64,000 nt of DNA from a bacterium (GTDB taxonomy: Bacteria; Zhuqueibacterota; Zhuqueibacteria; Residuimicrobiales; Krinioviventaceae): NCBI GenBank assembly GCA_963674595.2, contig CAXXFV010000014.1, positions 96,001 to 160,000 of the forward strand, read 5' to 3'. A program made the position numbers and the translations under genes. Below, one piece after another: positions 18,778-30,700 of this stretch (the first letter of the stretch is position 1; each line of letters opens with the position of its first letter). The notes beneath the pieces were generated by a model. The model saw nothing but the letters and a program-made list of their open reading frames with translations, was not told the origin of the DNA and made no database searches.

Positions 18778-20641
18778 TTTCGATATTCTTTTTTAATTTA
18801 TAATCTAATTTAATAAATGTTCCACCCTCATTATAGGGCTCTATATTTAAATCAGCGTTAATCATTCGTGCTCGTTCATACATCCCGACAAGTCCCAATC
18901 CGCTTGATTTTATATTGCCGGTTGTTATATCTCTAGAGATACCAACTCCATTATCTCTTATTTCCATAGAAATAATTTGATCTGATTTTTTTATAAATAC
19001 AGACGCCTCAGTTGCTTTGGAATGCCTGACAATATTATTCAAACTTTCCTGAATAATTCTGTAAAAATTAATTTCATCATGCTTTGGTATCAGCTCATCA
19101 ATATCATCAATTTCATAATAAAAATTAATATCGGATGTTTCGGACAAATTTTCAACTATAGTTTCAATGGCCGTTGTTAAACCAAGCTGGTCCAAATGCT
19201 GCGGTCTCAGGTTATAAATAATATTTCTGACATCCTGAATGGTTTCCCCGGATAAATCACTAACCTGCGTTAAGGAATGTTGAATGTTTTTATCAGTTGA
19301 TTTTCGAATTTCTGTCAAAAGCATATTTTTAATAATTAACAATTTTTGACCGATGCTGTCATGCAACTCTAGCGCAATCCGGTTCCGTTCACTCTCTTGC
19401 GACTCTATTAATTTCATGGTAAACTGTTCTTTTATTTTGCTTCCCCTCTTCACAGCTTCCAGTTCTTTCTGCTGTGCCAGTTCTTTCTGCCTGTAAGTAT
19501 AGGTATAATGATAAACGGCAATCCATATCAGGGATATAACAAAAAACAATGCACCAAAATGTAAAACTGTAACACTGTAACTAAAAGCAGAATCCGAAAA
19601 CTTTGAATAAAATAAGGTAATTTCTAAAATTGCAAACATGAGAAAAACAGACATACCAGCAAATAATAATTTTGCCGTATATTCTCCGGTTTTTACACTT
19701 TTAACCATAACGAAAATGCAGATAATCATGTTAAGCGTAAGGGAAATTAAAAAATAGTTTACAATATCAGGAAAAGTAATAGTCGTAAAATTTATAAGGA
19801 CGATGCTCATTAACAGCACGAAAAAATGAAAAAGCCAGATGCTTTTTAAAATTTTTCTGTATTCCTGCCCTAATATTTGCTCAATAGCGAAAAAGGCGCT
19901 TATGACAGCACACATGAGTGAAATATAATCCAGGTGATAATATAAATTTGGAAAAGGTAAAAGGATGTGCAAAAACGGATTGTTACTGGAAATAAAAACT
20001 GCCAATGATAGCAAAAAAACACCTATACCTATTAATAATGCAGATTGATCATAGGTCACGTAAAACAGCAAAATAATTATACCTGTTATTAAAAAAATGA
20101 CGGCAAAAGAAAAATCATCTATATTGCGAACAAAAAATTCTTTACAAATTTTATCAAAAGAAACGATTAAAACATTCCATTTAAATACGGTTAATTTTTT
20201 TCCGGGAAAAATTTTGACGCTTATAATATCCCCTTTGTTGTAATCAGGAAGAGAAATTAAAAGATCATCCCAGCGAAAAAAGGCATCATTTTTTTCAGAT
20301 ACACCTGCCCCAACTTTTTGAATCAAGCGTCCATTGATATAAACCATCATTGGATTGTTTACACGTTTAAAATAAAGGGCCGGATGCCTTTCTCTAAATT
20401 CCGGTAATTCTGTACTAAACCAAACAATGCTTGATTCAGTCCTTTCAATATCTTTTAAATTAGTCAAGTTTTTCCAGGATGCCGAATCAGATACAGAATC
20501 ATCGAGCCGGTATTGCCAACCTGTTAACATAATACTGTTTTCATCCAAGGCTTTAACGCTCCTGACAAACGGACTGGAAAGCATTAACAACAAGGCTAAC
20601 GAATTTATGAGATATTTTACCTTAAAACCCATCATATACAA
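18770..20641 (-). CDS. Multi-TM sensor histidine kinase (HisKA_3, 7TM-DISM-like input)
   Basis: ERNRIALELHDSIGQ, QESLNNIVRHSKA, IRDNGVG, GLGLVGMYER; about 7 hydrophobic segments. Confidence 0.9.
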   Translation of the reverse strand: MYMMGFKVKYLINSLALLLMLSSPFVRSVKALDENSIMLTGWQYRLDDSVSDSASWKNLTNLKDIERTESSIVWFSTELPEFRERHPALYFKRVNNPMMVYINGRLIQKVGAGVSEKNDAFFRWDDLLISLPDYNKGDIISVKIFPGKKLTVFKWNVLIVSFDKICKEFFVRNIDDFSFAVIFLITGIIILLFYVTYDQSALLIGIGVFLLSLAVFISSNNPFLHILLPFPNLYYHLDYISLMCAVISAFFAIEQILGQEYRKILKSIWLFHFFVLLMSIVLINFTTITFPDIVNYFLISLTLNMIICIFVMVKSVKTGEYTAKLLFAGMSVFLMFAILEITLFYSKFSDSAFSYSVTVLHFGALFFVISLIWIAVYHYTYTYRQKELAQQKELEAVKRGSKIKEQFTMKLIESQESERNRIALELHDSIGQKLLIIKNMLLTEIRKSTDKNIQHSLTQVSDLSGETIQDVRNIIYNLRPQHLDQLGLTTAIETIVENLSETSDINFYYEIDDIDELIPKHDEINFYRIIQESLNNIVRHSKATEASVFIKKSDQIISMEIRDNGVGISRDITTGNIKSSGLGLVGMYERARMINADLNIEPYNEGGTFIKLDYKLKKNIENE

Positions 20642-21080
20642 CTTAAGTTATGTTTACACCAATACATTACCAAATGTATAATAAATATCTTATTTAAAAT
20701 ATCAATTACTAAAATAGTATTTACAGCCGAAAAAAGTTGTTAACATTTCAACTGTTTTAATTACTTGTCTGGTATTAATAACAAAATAGCCCCAAATCAC
20801 CAATTCGGCTTCTTATTAATAAACATTGTAAGCGTCGGCTATGACGCCAATCGGATCAGCAGTCATGGTGATCTATATCTTTAATTTCCGCTTGCTTTTT
20901 AAGGCTTTTATTATATAATTTAAAGAGTTATCATTGTTGCTCCGGCAAGAATAAAAACGGATGTAATAAATCAACTGTAAAAAAAATAACAGTGTAAAAA
21001 GTAAAACAAATTAATTTTTATGCTTTCAATTCTAATTTTTACCTTATAAATAATTTTATAAAATTACAAGGGGTTAATTT

Positions 21081-21896
21081 ATGAAAAAATATAAAAAAGC
21101 AAAAAAACTAATTTTACTTTTTTTATTGATTATCGGTTTCGGATGCAAAACCAGGTTAACAGAACCGGAAACAGAAGACAAATATCTCAGTATTTCAGAT
21201 ATTACTAATATCTTGTGGACCCTGGAAGCATGTGATTCAGTAGATCAGCAGCTTAATATCGATTCTTATCTAACGTTCCATCTTGTTTATGATACAACTG
21301 AATTTTGGGGTGATGATGGATGTAATAAATACACCGGCATATATTACATACAAAATGATAGTATTTTACTAAATGATTTTTCTATAACTTGTATGGGGTG
21401 TTGGCCTACAACATCATTTCCGATTAATTTTTTTTTCAATCCTCATAAACTTTTCATATTTAAAGATAGCCTGCAAATTATCTCTGACAATTGGGTATAC
21501 CACTTAAAAAGTGACTTTACAAAAAGTATTGAAAAAAGTGGGCTTGTAAACACCTGGCAGTTAATATTTTCAAGTGACCCTGATTATGAAATTATATCAT
21601 ACTACCAATATGTTACCAATCTGATACTTGATAATAACAGATGTTTTAATTTAAATTTTGTTTCCACATTTGAGAATGATTCCACTTATAATTATACTAC
21701 CGGCATTTACGGAATTAAAAATGATGACTCATTTATGTTTTATCATCGATATGGTGGTTCAAGAAGATTTAAAGCACGGAGGTTTCGATCTAAAATTTTA
21801 AATTCAACAATTTACAACGTAGAAAACGACACACTTACCTTATCAAATCTTTCTGATAATACAATATTTAGATTTGAAAAACTTGAGTATGATTAA
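21081..21896 (+). CDS. Lipoprotein with a META (HslJ-like) domain
   Basis: Lipobox IIGFGC. WTL...FWGDDGCNKYTGIY...ITCMGC pattern. Confidence 0.65.
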   Translation: MKKYKKAKKLILLFLLIIGFGCKTRLTEPETEDKYLSISDITNILWTLEACDSVDQQLNIDSYLTFHLVYDTTEFWGDDGCNKYTGIYYIQNDSILLNDFSITCMGCWPTTSFPINFFFNPHKLFIFKDSLQIISDNWVYHLKSDFTKSIEKSGLVNTWQLIFSSDPDYEIISYYQYVTNLILDNNRCFNLNFVSTFENDSTYNYTTGIYGIKNDDSFMFYHRYGGSRRFKARRFRSKILNSTIYNVENDTLTLSNLSDNTIFRFEKLEYD

Positions 21897-21946
21897 ATTG
21901 AGGATACAATCTTCATCCAAATCACAAAAGCATCAAGCTTCTTATA

Positions 21947-23440
21947 TCAATCCTTTACCCATTCCCGTGACCGTTCAACGGCCTGATGCCACTTTTGTGT
22001 CATCTGTTTGACTTTATCTTTTTCCATTTCAGGTTTAAAGGATTTATCAACCTGCCACAACTTTTGAATATCAACGACATCTTTCCAATATCCGGTTGCA
22101 AGGCCGGCCAGATAGGCTGCTCCCAAAGCGGTAGTTTCAGCAATTTTAGGCCGTATAAGCGGAATTCCCAAAACATCGGATTGGAACTGCATCAGCATAT
22201 TATTAGCGGTTGCTCCCCCATCGACACGCAGTTCATTAATTTTAATTCCCGAATCGGCTTCCATGGCTTCAATCACGTCCAACGTTTGAAAAGCAATGGC
22301 TTCCAGCGCTGCACGGGCAATATGTCCGGCCGTGGTTCCCCGTGTCATTCCCACAATCGTACCCCGGGCAAACTGGTCCCAGTATGGCGCACCAAGTCCG
22401 GCAAAAGCAGGCACAAAATAAACGTCTCCATTGTCATCAACACTCCCGGCCAGTTTTTCAACATCTGCGGATGAAGAAATAATTCCCAGACCGTCCCGTA
22501 ACCACTGCACAACAGCGCCGGCAATAAAAATACTGCCTTCAAGAGCATAAACAGTTTCGCCATTTATTTGCCAGGCAATTGTAGTGAGCAAATTATTTTT
22601 AGATTTGATTGGTTTATTCCCGGTATTGACAACCAAAAACGAGCCTGTTCCATAGGTATTTTTTACCATTCCGGACTGCGTACACATTTGTCCAAAAAGT
22701 GCAGCCTGCTGGTCACCGGCCATACCGGCAACAGGAATAGATGCACTGAACAGAGGTCCTTTAGTTTGACCATATATTTCACTGCAAGAACAGACTTTTG
22801 GCAAAATGCTCGCAGGAATATCCAACAAATCAAGAATCTCCTGGTCCCACTCTAATGTATGAATATTGTACAAAAGCGTTCGGCTGGCATTGGTTACATC
22901 GGTAACATGTTTTTGCCCGCCGGTTAAATTCCACACAAGCCAACTGTCAACCGTGCCGAAAGCCAGCTTGCCCTGTTCAGCCAGGTCACGTGCTCCCTTA
23001 ACATTTTCTAGCAGCCATTTGACTTTGGTACCGGAAAAATACGCATCAATAAGCAAGCCTGTTTTCTTTTTAATCATTTCAGCATGACCTGCCGCTGCCA
23101 ATTCACGACAATACTCGGCGGTTCGTCTGTCCTGCCAAACAATGGCATTGTGAATGGGCTCACCGGTTTCCCGGTTCCACAAGATTGTTGTTTCACGCTG
23201 ATTGGTAATGCCGATGGCCTGAATATCATCAGCACATAAACCGGTATTTGACAAGGCCTCAACCGCCACTTGTGACTGGGTCTGCCAAATTTCCTGAGCA
23301 TTGTGTTCCACCCAGCCTGGTTTTGGAAATATTTGTTGAAACTCTTGCTGCGCTTTTCCCTTTATATTTCCCTGGTAATCAAAAATAATAGCTCTGGAAC
23401 TAGTCGTGCCCTGGTCAAGTGCTAAAATATATTTTGCCAT
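21947..23440 (-). CDS. glpK: Glycerol kinase
   Basis: [47 protein letters not shown]. Start at 23440 follows GGGAG. Confidence 0.97.
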   Translation of the reverse strand: MAKYILALDQGTTSSRAIIFDYQGNIKGKAQQEFQQIFPKPGWVEHNAQEIWQTQSQVAVEALSNTGLCADDIQAIGITNQRETTILWNRETGEPIHNAIVWQDRRTAEYCRELAAAGHAEMIKKKTGLLIDAYFSGTKVKWLLENVKGARDLAEQGKLAFGTVDSWLVWNLTGGQKHVTDVTNASRTLLYNIHTLEWDQEILDLLDIPASILPKVCSCSEIYGQTKGPLFSASIPVAGMAGDQQAALFGQMCTQSGMVKNTYGTGSFLVVNTGNKPIKSKNNLLTTIAWQINGETVYALEGSIFIAGAVVQWLRDGLGIISSSADVEKLAGSVDDNGDVYFVPAFAGLGAPYWDQFARGTIVGMTRGTTAGHIARAALEAIAFQTLDVIEAMEADSGIKINELRVDGGATANNMLMQFQSDVLGIPLIRPKIAETTALGAAYLAGLATGYWKDVVDIQKLWQVDKSFKPEMEKDKVKQMTQKWHQAVERSREWVKD

Positions 23441-23532
23441 CAACGTCTCCCATTTGCTCATAAAAAACCACAGTTACACATCATGTTATTAATAATAAAA
23501 ATATGATTTTTATAAGCAACAAAAATTTTATT

Positions 23533-23772
23533 CTATTTGTTCTTTTCCTTGAGGGTCCCCAGGCATTCTTCGGCATGTTTGCACCATTTAGCACAGCCGG
23601 TATCTATTTTTGGATTTCGCACATCTTTATGGCATTTAGGACAGGGCCGAACCGGTTCGTCCTTCCAAAACTCTATTTCTTCACCACAAAAAGGGCACAA
23701 AACATCATAAATATCTTCCGGTTTCCAGAACCTGAGGTCCTGTCCCGGACAGCGGTGCTTTTCCATAACCAC
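23533..23772 (-). CDS. Small Cys-rich (zinc-ribbon/Fe-S-like) protein
   Basis: CPGQD...CPFCGEEIEFWKDE..CPKC...GCAKWCKHAEEC; 8 Cys in 79 aa; coupled to the upstream gene. Confidence 0.75.
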   Translation of the reverse strand: MVMEKHRCPGQDLRFWKPEDIYDVLCPFCGEEIEFWKDEPVRPCPKCHKDVRNPKIDTGCAKWCKHAEECLGTLKEKNK

Positions 23773-23775
23773 CTC

Positions 23776-24372
23776 TTATAATAATCCCAAACAAACCCTT
23801 CCGGCCAAAACAGCCGCATCTTCGGTTGACAAGACATGTTTTATCGAGGCATCAAAAAGGAGTTCCGCGTCAGGCGGAAACTCTTCATCACCCAACCGGT
23901 ATAAAAGCGTTACATACAATTTGCCAAACACATGAATACGGGCGCCAAAATCGCCTACGTCAATCGGCTGCCAGTTATACCGGTTCAGATTTTTTTTTAA
24001 TAAATCGATATCATTACCAAATCGATTCACCATCGGGCGTATGGAACGCGCTAAAAACGGTTCATAATAAAAAATCCCGCCTGGAAGCTGTCTAAAGGAA
24101 ATCAATTCACTTGTTTCGTTTATTTTAAGGTCATTAAGTAGATAGTGCAACAGCAATATACGGTCACCCGGCTTGGCGGGCTCATTTTGTTCTCGAAACA
24201 ACTGAAAATCAGGCATGCGCAGGGTCATATCAGCGCCAAGGAATTTTAAGGAAAGGGTATTGTTTAAAGGTATCGGCAGTCCCAGACGGGAACATCTTTT
24301 ATTCAAATCAACATCTGCCAGTTTTTCTATCGCCAGTTTTACAGCCTCTTTATGTCCGTTTTCCTTAGACAT
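23776..24372 (-). CDS. DUF3786-family protein (commonly associated with acs/corrinoid clusters)
   Basis: ILLLHYL...ISFRQLPGG..Y..PF...GDEEFPP..LLFD...EDA. Confidence 0.8.
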   Translation of the reverse strand: MSKENGHKEAVKLAIEKLADVDLNKRCSRLGLPIPLNNTLSLKFLGADMTLRMPDFQLFREQNEPAKPGDRILLLHYLLNDLKINETSELISFRQLPGGIFYYEPFLARSIRPMVNRFGNDIDLLKKNLNRYNWQPIDVGDFGARIHVFGKLYVTLLYRLGDEEFPPDAELLFDASIKHVLSTEDAAVLAGRVCLGLL

Positions 24373-24481
24373 TAAAAGTCCGTTTTATATGATGAATAGA
24401 AAAAATCTGAAACGGAACTGTGTTATCCTTAATATTTTGATGCAACTCTTTAAACAAAAAAAAACTCACCTTTATTTCAAA

Positions 24482-26392
24482 TTATGGTTTCTTGTATAAT
24501 TTTTCAACAGACGGAAAAAATTTTAATTCGGTATGCGGTAAAAACAGGGCACCGGTATATTGGTTCATATATCCCGGGTCCGTACTCAATTCAATATAAG
24601 TCATTCGTCTTGCCAGGTCTGTTTGCCGTTGCCGGTAATCCTGAGACACCAGGACCATATATGCCCCCATTAAGGAAGAATTTCCAATATAATGATATTT
24701 TTCCCGAGGAACATCCGGCACGAGACCAAGGACAATTGCTTTTTCAATATCAAGAAAACGCCCAAATCCACCGGCGATATAAATATTGGCAACATCATCA
24801 AAACCAATTCCCACCTGTTCAAGCATTAAAGAACAGGCGGAATAGATAGCTGCTTTGGCCCGGATAATATTTTCAATATCCAGCTCACTGATTGTAATGT
24901 CCTTATCCAGACCACTTTTTTCTTTGGGTACAATAATATAACGGCTTATTCGGCCATCAGATATGATGACATCAGAGGAGCGGGAACGGTTTAATTTGCC
25001 GGCAGCATCAATCCATCCGGTCAGAAATAGATTAGCCAGTAAGGAAATCATCCCTGTTCCACAAATACCTTTTGGAGGCACATCACCGATGGTTTGATAT
25101 GAAGCAATACCGGTTTCCGGATCGACATCAACCCGCTCAATAGCTCCAATAGCAGCCCGCATACCATATTCTATCCCCCCTCCTTCAAAAGCAGGACCGG
25201 CTGAGCAGGCACAGGTCATTAAAAAATCGCGATTACCAACGACCAGTTCACCATTTGTACCGACATCAATAAAAAGATGAATATCCTCCGTGTTTGCGGC
25301 AATGTCCGTACAAAGTAATCCGGAGGTAATATCTCCGCCGACATAACTGCCGACGCTCGGAGATAAATATACCCAGGATTGAGGACTGATTTGCAGTCCG
25401 ACCTGTTCGGCTGTTAAATAGGGGGCTTCCAGGATGGTCGGTGTATAAGGTTCCAACCGGATATATTCCGGTTTCAGCCCCAACAACAAATGGACCATTG
25501 TTGTATTTCCGGCAATCACAGCGTTACAAACCTGAACAGGATTAACGTGATGCCCTTTGCAAACCTGAACAACAAGTTTGTTGATTGTTTTTAAAATCCG
25601 GGATCGCAGTTCAGCAAGCCGCTCCGGTTTTTGTGCATAATTAATACGACTGATAACATCCAAACCACAATGGATCTGGTCATTATACGCCGTTCGCGTT
25701 GCAATTGCTTTAGCTAATGGCAAAAATACGAGCTGAACAGCAACCGTTGTTGTTCCAATATCGATGGCAATACCATAATGCTGTGTAGATTCATCACCGG
25801 CTTCCAATTCGATAACATGATATCGGTCCGATTCACGAATCAGCGTTACCGTTACTTTACCATCCTGCTCGCGCAGTGTATCGGCAACCTTTTGAAGCAC
25901 GGGTAAAGGATATTGTACATGTTTTTTGCCCCAATCCGCCTGAATGGCCCGGGTCAATCGGTCCAGGTCCGACAAACCATCCTCATACTGGGGTTTTGGA
26001 ACATTCACGACCCATTTTAAAGCAAGCGGATCAAACTGCCAGTCGGCCGGCAGCAGGTCATGCCGGATAAGGCAGGTGTCATCTGTTTCATCAACAAATT
26101 TCCCAACCTGACTGCCGCTCTGTTCAAGAATTTCGACAACAATGTCAAAATTTAAAACTTTGGTTTTACAGGCAAGAACAAATCCTTCGGACATTGTCGA
26201 AGGTAATAAAACACCGAGACTGTCGGAATCTACATCGCCCTTTAAAATACGCACTATACATTTTCCGCAAGTGCCCTTTCCGCCGCACGGAAGATCAATA
26301 TCAATCTCTGCATATCGCGCGGCCATGATTAATGGCGTACCTTCAGCAACCTCAACAGTCTTTCCAAAAGGTTGAAATGTTACTCGCGGCAT
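24482..26392 (-). CDS. acsV: ATP-dependent reductive activator of corrinoid proteins (RACo/AcsV; 2Fe-2S + ASKHA)
   Basis: CGGKGTCGKC...LAC; DIGTTT; GNTTM; DVGTNGE; SAGPAFEGG; AGGFG. Confidence 0.9.
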   Translation of the reverse strand: MPRVTFQPFGKTVEVAEGTPLIMAARYAEIDIDLPCGGKGTCGKCIVRILKGDVDSDSLGVLLPSTMSEGFVLACKTKVLNFDIVVEILEQSGSQVGKFVDETDDTCLIRHDLLPADWQFDPLALKWVVNVPKPQYEDGLSDLDRLTRAIQADWGKKHVQYPLPVLQKVADTLREQDGKVTVTLIRESDRYHVIELEAGDESTQHYGIAIDIGTTTVAVQLVFLPLAKAIATRTAYNDQIHCGLDVISRINYAQKPERLAELRSRILKTINKLVVQVCKGHHVNPVQVCNAVIAGNTTMVHLLLGLKPEYIRLEPYTPTILEAPYLTAEQVGLQISPQSWVYLSPSVGSYVGGDITSGLLCTDIAANTEDIHLFIDVGTNGELVVGNRDFLMTCACSAGPAFEGGGIEYGMRAAIGAIERVDVDPETGIASYQTIGDVPPKGICGTGMISLLANLFLTGWIDAAGKLNRSRSSDVIISDGRISRYIIVPKEKSGLDKDITISELDIENIIRAKAAIYSACSLMLEQVGIGFDDVANIYIAGGFGRFLDIEKAIVLGLVPDVPREKYHYIGNSSLMGAYMVLVSQDYRQRQTDLARRMTYIELSTDPGYMNQYTGALFLPHTELKFFPSVEKLYKKP

Positions 26393-26417
26393 TTTATAAA
26401 CCTGCTTTCATAATAAT

Positions 26418-27755
26418 CTAGTTCAACCTTGTTTTAATATAACTTTCCAGATCAGCCGCCTCCTGGGGACCAACAAGAACCTTCCACCCGGACAGGCTTT
26501 CCTCGAGTTCACCACTGATTTGGGCAACATATCCGGGTATAATAATATCACGGCCTTTTACCAGCGAATCCAAATCTATTTCTTTGGCAAATTTCCCGAT
26601 ATACCCCCCGGAAAATTTACCGGCAGCCCAGGCCGTTAAAACACTCATGCCTTCGCATTCAGGCACCAGCAGCCAGGCACTGGTTCCGCTGTTTTCAATT
26701 TCTCCGGAAACAATAAAATAGGTCAATGAAAAATTAGTGGTGACAAAGACCGGAGATTCCGGGGTTGGTTCACCGACGGCATAGAGTTTGGGTTCAACCT
26801 GAATCGGTTTTTGCGGGTCCGTGTAAATATTGAGCCGCAACGTCATTAACGTAGCCAACTGTGCCGCATCAAAAGCGGGAAGCACACAAATTCCGCCATA
26901 TTTGCTGATTTCCGTAACAGCGAGCGCGGTCTCTTCATATAAATCATTCGTGTTTAAAACCGTCAAACTGGGGTAGCCCAAAGGTTTAAAATTATCTTTC
27001 AATGCCATACGACGTGCGATTGAATTGGTTTGAAAACGTTCGGCCAGAGAGCAAGTATTAAAATTAAGAATAAGGTTATTGAAACCACTTTCCTTAATTT
27101 CGCTCGTTAAAGAAACAAGCTCATTCAAATCCGGACCGGTAACAGCCAATGCATGTTCGTTTTTCTGAGCAGCGTCAACCAGTTCTTTGTAATTTTCTTT
27201 GGTTGCACAGGCGATAACACTGTGTGAGCCTTTAACAGCTTCTGCGGCGGCTACCAGCGCACTCGCACTAGCGCTGTTCAGCACCAGAGGACGTTTGACG
27301 GTTTCCCATGCTTTTTTTGCCACGGAAGCAAACTTTTCATTGTCTGTTCCCTTTTGGGTTACAGAAACCATATCGATGATCAATGTCTCTCCGACCCGTT
27401 CCAGAACGTAATCGGAAATTTGTTTTAGTGTTTTATCAATGGTGCCTTCATCATCCGTATCGTTTATATTAATCGCCAGCGCAGTTTGATTGACAAATGT
27501 TTTTTCATGGCGATATAAAACCGTTTCATCGCCAAGTTTTAATTTTTTATCCGGTCCCAGCTCAATAACTTTAACCGGCGGTTCACTGGCCGCACCCAAC
27601 ACTTGTTTTGCTTCATCGGAAGCATAGGGGCATTCTGATAAATCCGCTTTTTTTGCGGCAAGTTTCATTGCAAAAGCCAGACAAGTGTTGGAACCACATT
27701 CTTTACAATTGGTTTTGGGAAGCAATTTTTGAATTTGCAAACCTGTTAATGCCAT
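26418..27755 (-). CDS. acsC: Corrinoid iron-sulfur protein, large subunit
   Basis: LPKTNCKECGSNTCLAFAMKL..ECPY; LRLNIYTDPQKP; TTNFSLTYF; GMSVLTAWAAGKF. Confidence 0.95.
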   Translation of the reverse strand: MALTGLQIQKLLPKTNCKECGSNTCLAFAMKLAAKKADLSECPYASDEAKQVLGAASEPPVKVIELGPDKKLKLGDETVLYRHEKTFVNQTALAININDTDDEGTIDKTLKQISDYVLERVGETLIIDMVSVTQKGTDNEKFASVAKKAWETVKRPLVLNSASASALVAAAEAVKGSHSVIACATKENYKELVDAAQKNEHALAVTGPDLNELVSLTSEIKESGFNNLILNFNTCSLAERFQTNSIARRMALKDNFKPLGYPSLTVLNTNDLYEETALAVTEISKYGGICVLPAFDAAQLATLMTLRLNIYTDPQKPIQVEPKLYAVGEPTPESPVFVTTNFSLTYFIVSGEIENSGTSAWLLVPECEGMSVLTAWAAGKFSGGYIGKFAKEIDLDSLVKGRDIIIPGYVAQISGELEESLSGWKVLVGPQEAADLESYIKTRLN

Positions 27756-27771
27756 TTTGAATATTCCTCCG

Positions 27772-30700
27772 TTATTGGTTCTTCTTGTCCATTAATTTTG
27801 CAATAGTACGTTTAACAGCTTTAACAGCGTCCGGGTTATACATGATCATAATATCCGCACCTGCATACAATAGATTTATAGCCGTAGCGGTTTCCCACAT
27901 GGCGGCACGTTTTGCCAGTTCTCCCCAGGCAGGAAAATCAGATTCCGGCGCTTTAACTTCTTTAATTTTGGCACACTCCTGGCCGGGTGCAACGATCATC
28001 GGGCCTGCCAGCATTTTATCGCCATTTAATCCTGTGAGACGGATTCTTTCGATAACAGAGTAGGTGTATTCAATCCCATACCCGGCGGCACCGGTCATGG
28101 GGTCCATGATAATCTGTTCCGGTTTTATGTCCATATTTGTCAGGAGAATATTCATCTGCTTGGCGATGTTGACATCAATCGGACTCTGGGATACAAGTGA
28201 ATGTCCATAGGCCATAGCGGCACCGGCAATTGTTCGGTAATTATCCTGTTCTACCCAGTTTAACAAGAGATTTTCACCGGCACATGCCTGGGCGACGGCT
28301 TTAAGCACTTCATTATTTCGGTCAAAATTACTGTGACCGGTAATGATCAACGGAACATCGACAGCCGCTAGTACCTCTTTAACCACCTGCACAGCCTGCT
28401 CCGGGGTTCTGTTTCCTTTTTCAGGATGGGTTCCTTCAAGCCGAACACTGATCAAATCAGCGCCGAATTTTTCCACACAAAGTTTCGCCATTTCCGCAGG
28501 ATTTTTCAACGTGTCACCATAGTAACCGGCCAAAACAGGCGGGAATTTTTCACTGACCAGATCAAAAACTTCCATAGCAACAAGAGGAGCATTAGGCATT
28601 TCACCTTCCCATAAATGAAAAGGCATACAGGTCTGTCCGCCTACCTGATATGTTTTTCCGCGTGTACCGCCTTCTGCTTTAGTCGCTCCAAGTTTTACCT
28701 TCCAAACAGGTACTTCACAACTTTCTTTGGGAACAGTAAAAGCGGTTACAGCACTTAGACGCTCTTTAGCGGTCGGACCGGCAGGCAGTTCCGGTTCTTT
28801 GACAATTTCTACCTTTTCTTCCGATTTTACAGGTTCCTTAAAAGTAATCGATCTTTCTTCTCCGAGAAATTTTTCGCCAAGAGTTGAAATAATTTCCCGT
28901 ACAATTTCCTTAGCCATAACGGATTTGAGTTCATCAGAAACTTCTTTTTTCAACTCTTGTTTTAATTGAGCCAATTGTTCGGGTGTCATGGGTTCATCCT
29001 CTTTTTCAGAAACATCTTTTGTTTCCGTAATTATTATTGATTCGACAGGTTCCTTTTTATCCGTTTCAACAGGTGATTCTGATGAAGAAATTTGCGACAA
29101 GTCTGACATTGTTAATGCCGGATGGTTCACTTTTTCCATATACTGTCTGACAGCATCAGCTTCAGTAGAAATAGTTTCGTCGGCAATTTTTTCCATCAGA
29201 TCCGCTGCATCCTGTTCCTGAAATCGCTTTTGCAGATCATCAGCCAGTAGATCTTTTAACTCTTTTGTCATCCAGACAAGACGTTTATGCCCGCCTTCTG
29301 CAAAAAGGAATTTTTTCGAAGTTAAAAAGACCTTTCCGCATCCCATAAAACCGGGTGTCTGCTGGCCGCCGCCGACACTTCCGGCTAAAGACGAAAAAGT
29401 CATTCCAACCGGGGTGTTGCCCTGATACTCGCGATTAACAGCCATAATTCCATTACATTCCGGGATGTAAGCACAAATAACTTCAAAACATCCACAGCTT
29501 GTCATTGGCCGGTCCATAATGGAATAGGCACAAAAACTGGACACGGATTTATGGCTGTTGGTGTAGACATATTCGTCAACACCTTTCCAAATACCTTTTA
29601 CAGGGTCAACTAAATCACCTTTTTTAACCGGCTGATTGGGACCGGTTTCGTCGATTTCAAAAGCGGCTTTACCGTCAAGCCAGTTATAGGCGCCGCAAAG
29701 TCCGAGTCGTTCCGGGGTAATAATACATACATGGTCCGGGGCAAAAGATTGACACAACAAACAGGAATAAAAAGTATCTACAGAATCATCCGTCATGGCT
29801 TCCAACCGGCGGTTGCGTTCATCATAAACCTTACGGGCAATAGCAATACGTTCTTCAACAACTTTTTGGTCGGTAATCAATGTGACCTTAACTTTATCAA
29901 CAATGGCCGGGTAATCGGATAAAAACTTGGCGTGAATAATTTCGCCATAATCTTTCAGTCGCACGCCTTTTGCAAAAGCATCTCTGGAAACACGCGTCCA
30001 GACAATATCCCGCTGTCCCATGTGCCAGATACCTTCCGCACCATTGACAAGATGGTGAATTTGGCGTTCGAGGATCGGTTCAAAATCAGACTGCATTTTG
30101 CGGCCCGCCACCTGGACCCAAATGCCCAGGGGAAGCACTGTTCCCGGTTCTATGGTATCAATATCCGGACCGATAATATCGATTTCGCCGTCATTAATTT
30201 CATCCAGTTCTACCGAGGTTACAAATTCAAAAGCCTGTGATTTATTACCACCAAATTCAGCGTGGACATCGTTTTTGCGAATTCTTTCGCCTTCAAACGC
30301 CGGGCCGTATGAAACAGGAATCGGTACTTTGGTAATTTTAATTTTGCATCCGCGAACTTCAAGCGCCTTTTCCACAATGATATCATGAGGGACCTGCGAA
30401 ACGACATGTTCATAAGTACATACACCTGTCGGTAAAATTTGCGGTATATCCGTATCTGCAATAACCGGGAAACCATAATTAATGGCCCCTGCTGCGAGAG
30501 CATATTTATCAGGAGTTACCGTACCGAAAGCCAGAACAAAGGCAAAAATTCTGTTTTTATTATATTTTAAATTTTTCTCAAAATCACCGGGTTTAACACC
30601 GCCAAAAGAAAGGGCGGCCCGGTTAGCAAATCCAAGTGCATAAATTAATGCGGAAACATCATTACCAAAAGGTACAAGCCGTGTTTCCCATCCAAGCTGA

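Noticed and set aside
20700-21080. Slightly GC-richer patch with a 16-codon minus-strand ORF (MTADPIGVIADAYNVY)
   Set aside because: No RBS, recognisable motif or convincing structure, so it cannot be supported.
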